IMG/VR virus record: IMGVR_UViG_3300042291_000844 | Location: 173,725-237,724 of that record | Strand: one strand, 5' to 3' | Source of the DNA: a virus | Lineage: Duplodnaviria > Caudoviricetes | Length of the DNA stretch: 64,000 nucleotides | Part shown: positions 62,730-64,000 of the stretch, piece by piece | Numbering within the stretch: position 1 is the stretch's first letter | Layout: every line of letters begins with the position of its first letter | Made by a program: the position numbers and the translations under genes | The notes under the pieces: generated by a model | Databases searched by the model: none | What the model was told of the DNA's origin: nothing | The model's input: only the letters and a program-made list of their open reading frames with translations

Positions 62730-64000
62730 TAGTTTACTTTCACTTTTAATTGTGTTCCATTTTTGTTAACGGCATCGGTTGTTGATATTGAAGTCAATCC
62801 CAATACTCCACCCAATTCAATTTTTGGTACAAATGTTATTTTATATTCTGTTGTTTTATCTAATAGACTTGACCCATCAGTTATTAATGAACCCAATGTA
62901 ATATAATTACCTCTATCACTTCCAAAATTGATTGGGTTTCCCTTAGTTGTAAACTCCACCTTCTCAAAACTTAACGAGGTATTATCATAGTTTAATTGAA
63001 ATTGAGTTCCCACCAATTCATGTTGTAATGGGTCTAAGGATATAGTAACTATAACTTTATTACCTACATTTTCTCCCATAATTAAAGCGTTTACTTCATT
63101 TGAAACTGAATTAGTACTCAAACTCATAGTTCTAATAGAATTATTAGCAACACCACTTGCACTTTGTTGTGCGGAATGTGATAGGTTTACATCACCTTTC
63201 CAAGTAACATTTACATTGTATGTATTATTAAGTGTGCCTGTGTTTAAACTAAACGGAAATAAACTTCTTGTTGAATTGAATTTGGTATTCCAATTGGATT
63301 TACTAATCCCATCATAATCTGATTTACTATAAAGTTTCATCAGATATGTCAATGCTGAATATTCTGTAAGAGGTTGAACTCCTGTCAAATGTTGTAATAA
63401 TTTGTATGTATCTCCTTCATTGAATATACCATTACCATCTACATCCGCGTTCAAAAATTGAATACCTGATGTGAATTCATTTCCACTTTCATTTCCAAAT
63501 ATCCCACCATTTGATAATTCTTTGAATGCAATAAACACATCCGATACGGTCACAACACTATTGTATAAAGTGTTTAAATCCGTTTGATTGGTATATGTTA
63601 ATTCAATCCCATGTTGTTTATAACTTTGAATTGGTGAGAAAGTAAATTCAGCTCTCGTTCCATACCAACCATCTTGTAATCTTAATTGAGCTTGAAATGT
63701 AGACGAAGTTATTTTGGTTGTCAAATTACCTGGCATTACATATGTTTTCCACCAACCACTTACACTATTAACAGTAACAGGTCCATCGTATATATCAAAT
63801 AATTTAATTGATGTTATATCATTTGGAGATACTCCCGTTCCATCAAATTCTCTTTCATCTATTAACAATTGATGTCCACCTAAATTTGCATCATATGGAT
63901 TTATTATTGCCCATTCAACTTGTCCGGCGGATGTTGTTGCTTTAGTACCAACCCCACTTACCTTTGCGGTATCCAAATCATTTGTAATATCAACCTTACC
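62729..64000 (-). CDS. Large secreted protein with dockerin-like and cohesin-like domains (5' part outside window)
   Basis: Frame open to base 64000; NADVDGNGIFNEGD (dockerin-like); GTQFQLNYD (cohesin-like). Confidence 0.65.
   Translation of the reverse strand, partial: GKVDITNDLDTAKVSGVGTKATTSAGQVEWAIINPYDANLGGHQLLIDEREFDGTGVSPNDITSIKLFDIYDGPVTVNSVSGWWKTYVMPGNLTTKITSSTFQAQLRLQDGWYGTRAEFTFSPIQSYKQHGIELTYTNQTDLNTLYNSVVTVSDVFIAFKELSNGGIFGNESGNEFTSGIQFLNADVDGNGIFNEGDTYKLLQHLTGVQPLTEYSALTYLMKLYSKSDYDGISKSNWNTKFNSTRSLFPFSLNTGTLNNTYNVNVTWKGDVNLSHSAQQSASGVANNSIRTMSLSTNSVSNEVNALIMGENVGNKVIVTISLDPLQHELVGTQFQLNYDNTSLSFEKVEFTTKGNPINFGSDRGNYITLGSLITDGSSLLDKTTEYKITFVPKIELGGVLGLTSISTTDAVNKNGTQLKVKVN

Noticed and set aside
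1-64000. Alternative genetic code (TAG/TGA recoding)
   Set aside because: Long genes are intact under code 11, and TGA/TAG stops sit in normal ATGA-type overlaps.
1-64000. Bacterial chromosome origin of the window (apt, cysC, iscU, TBDR)
   Set aside because: Single-strand gene array, many ORFans, an endolysin, phage-type internal proteins and no housekeeping operons favour a large phage; hallmark genes elsewhere on the contig are needed to confirm.
1-64000. Retron, DGR or IS elements
   Set aside because: No reverse transcriptase, transposase, TR/VR pair or terminal inverted repeats were seen.

Overview
This 64-kb window looks like part of a large, probably lytic dsDNA (jumbo-type) phage of a Bacteroidota host. 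That is an inference: no capsid, terminase or polymerase gene is in the window. Support: about 110 tightly packed genes all on the minus strand, many small ORFans, a GH19 endolysin, no ribosomal or core cellular operons, Bacteroidota-type promoters (TTTG-N20-TAnnTT(T/A)G), and Bacteroidota-type genes (DUF4494, ClpS, lipoproteins, TonB-dependent receptor). Layout: (1) 1-12.2 kb, early-type small genes in repeated promoter/leader cassettes, including a promoter- and terminator-bounded structured ncRNA candidate (9731-9945). (2) 12.2-13.2 kb, non-coding, with DnaA-box matches. (3) 14.6-22.8 and 33-43.7 kb, a glycan/small-molecule modification arsenal: 8 SGNH-fold proteins, short DegT, HldE-like kinase, 2OG oxygenase, 2 sulfotransferase-like proteins, a PAPS module, an amidinotransferase and methyltransferases. 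(4) 23-33 kb: nucleosidase+APRT, a tRNA-like minihelix, a MoxR AAA+/VWA pair, IscU and a DNA methyltransferase fused to three NUMOD1-like repeats. (5) 43.7-48.7 kb, lysis genes and putative head-packaged proteins. (6) 48.8-64 kb, a block of envelope proteins: a PlcP/LpxH2-like metallophosphoesterase+GT2 pair, FeoA, a TonB-dependent receptor+lipoprotein pair behind 11-bp phased repeats, a CsgG-family protein, paralogous beta-barrels, a lipase and a dockerin/cohesin protein. The strongest novelty candidates are this envelope block (a possible phage-borne phosphate-starvation and outer-membrane remodelling module), the PAPS/sulfotransferase/SGNH system, and the two ncRNA-like elements. All family assignments come from motif recognition by eye, not database searches.
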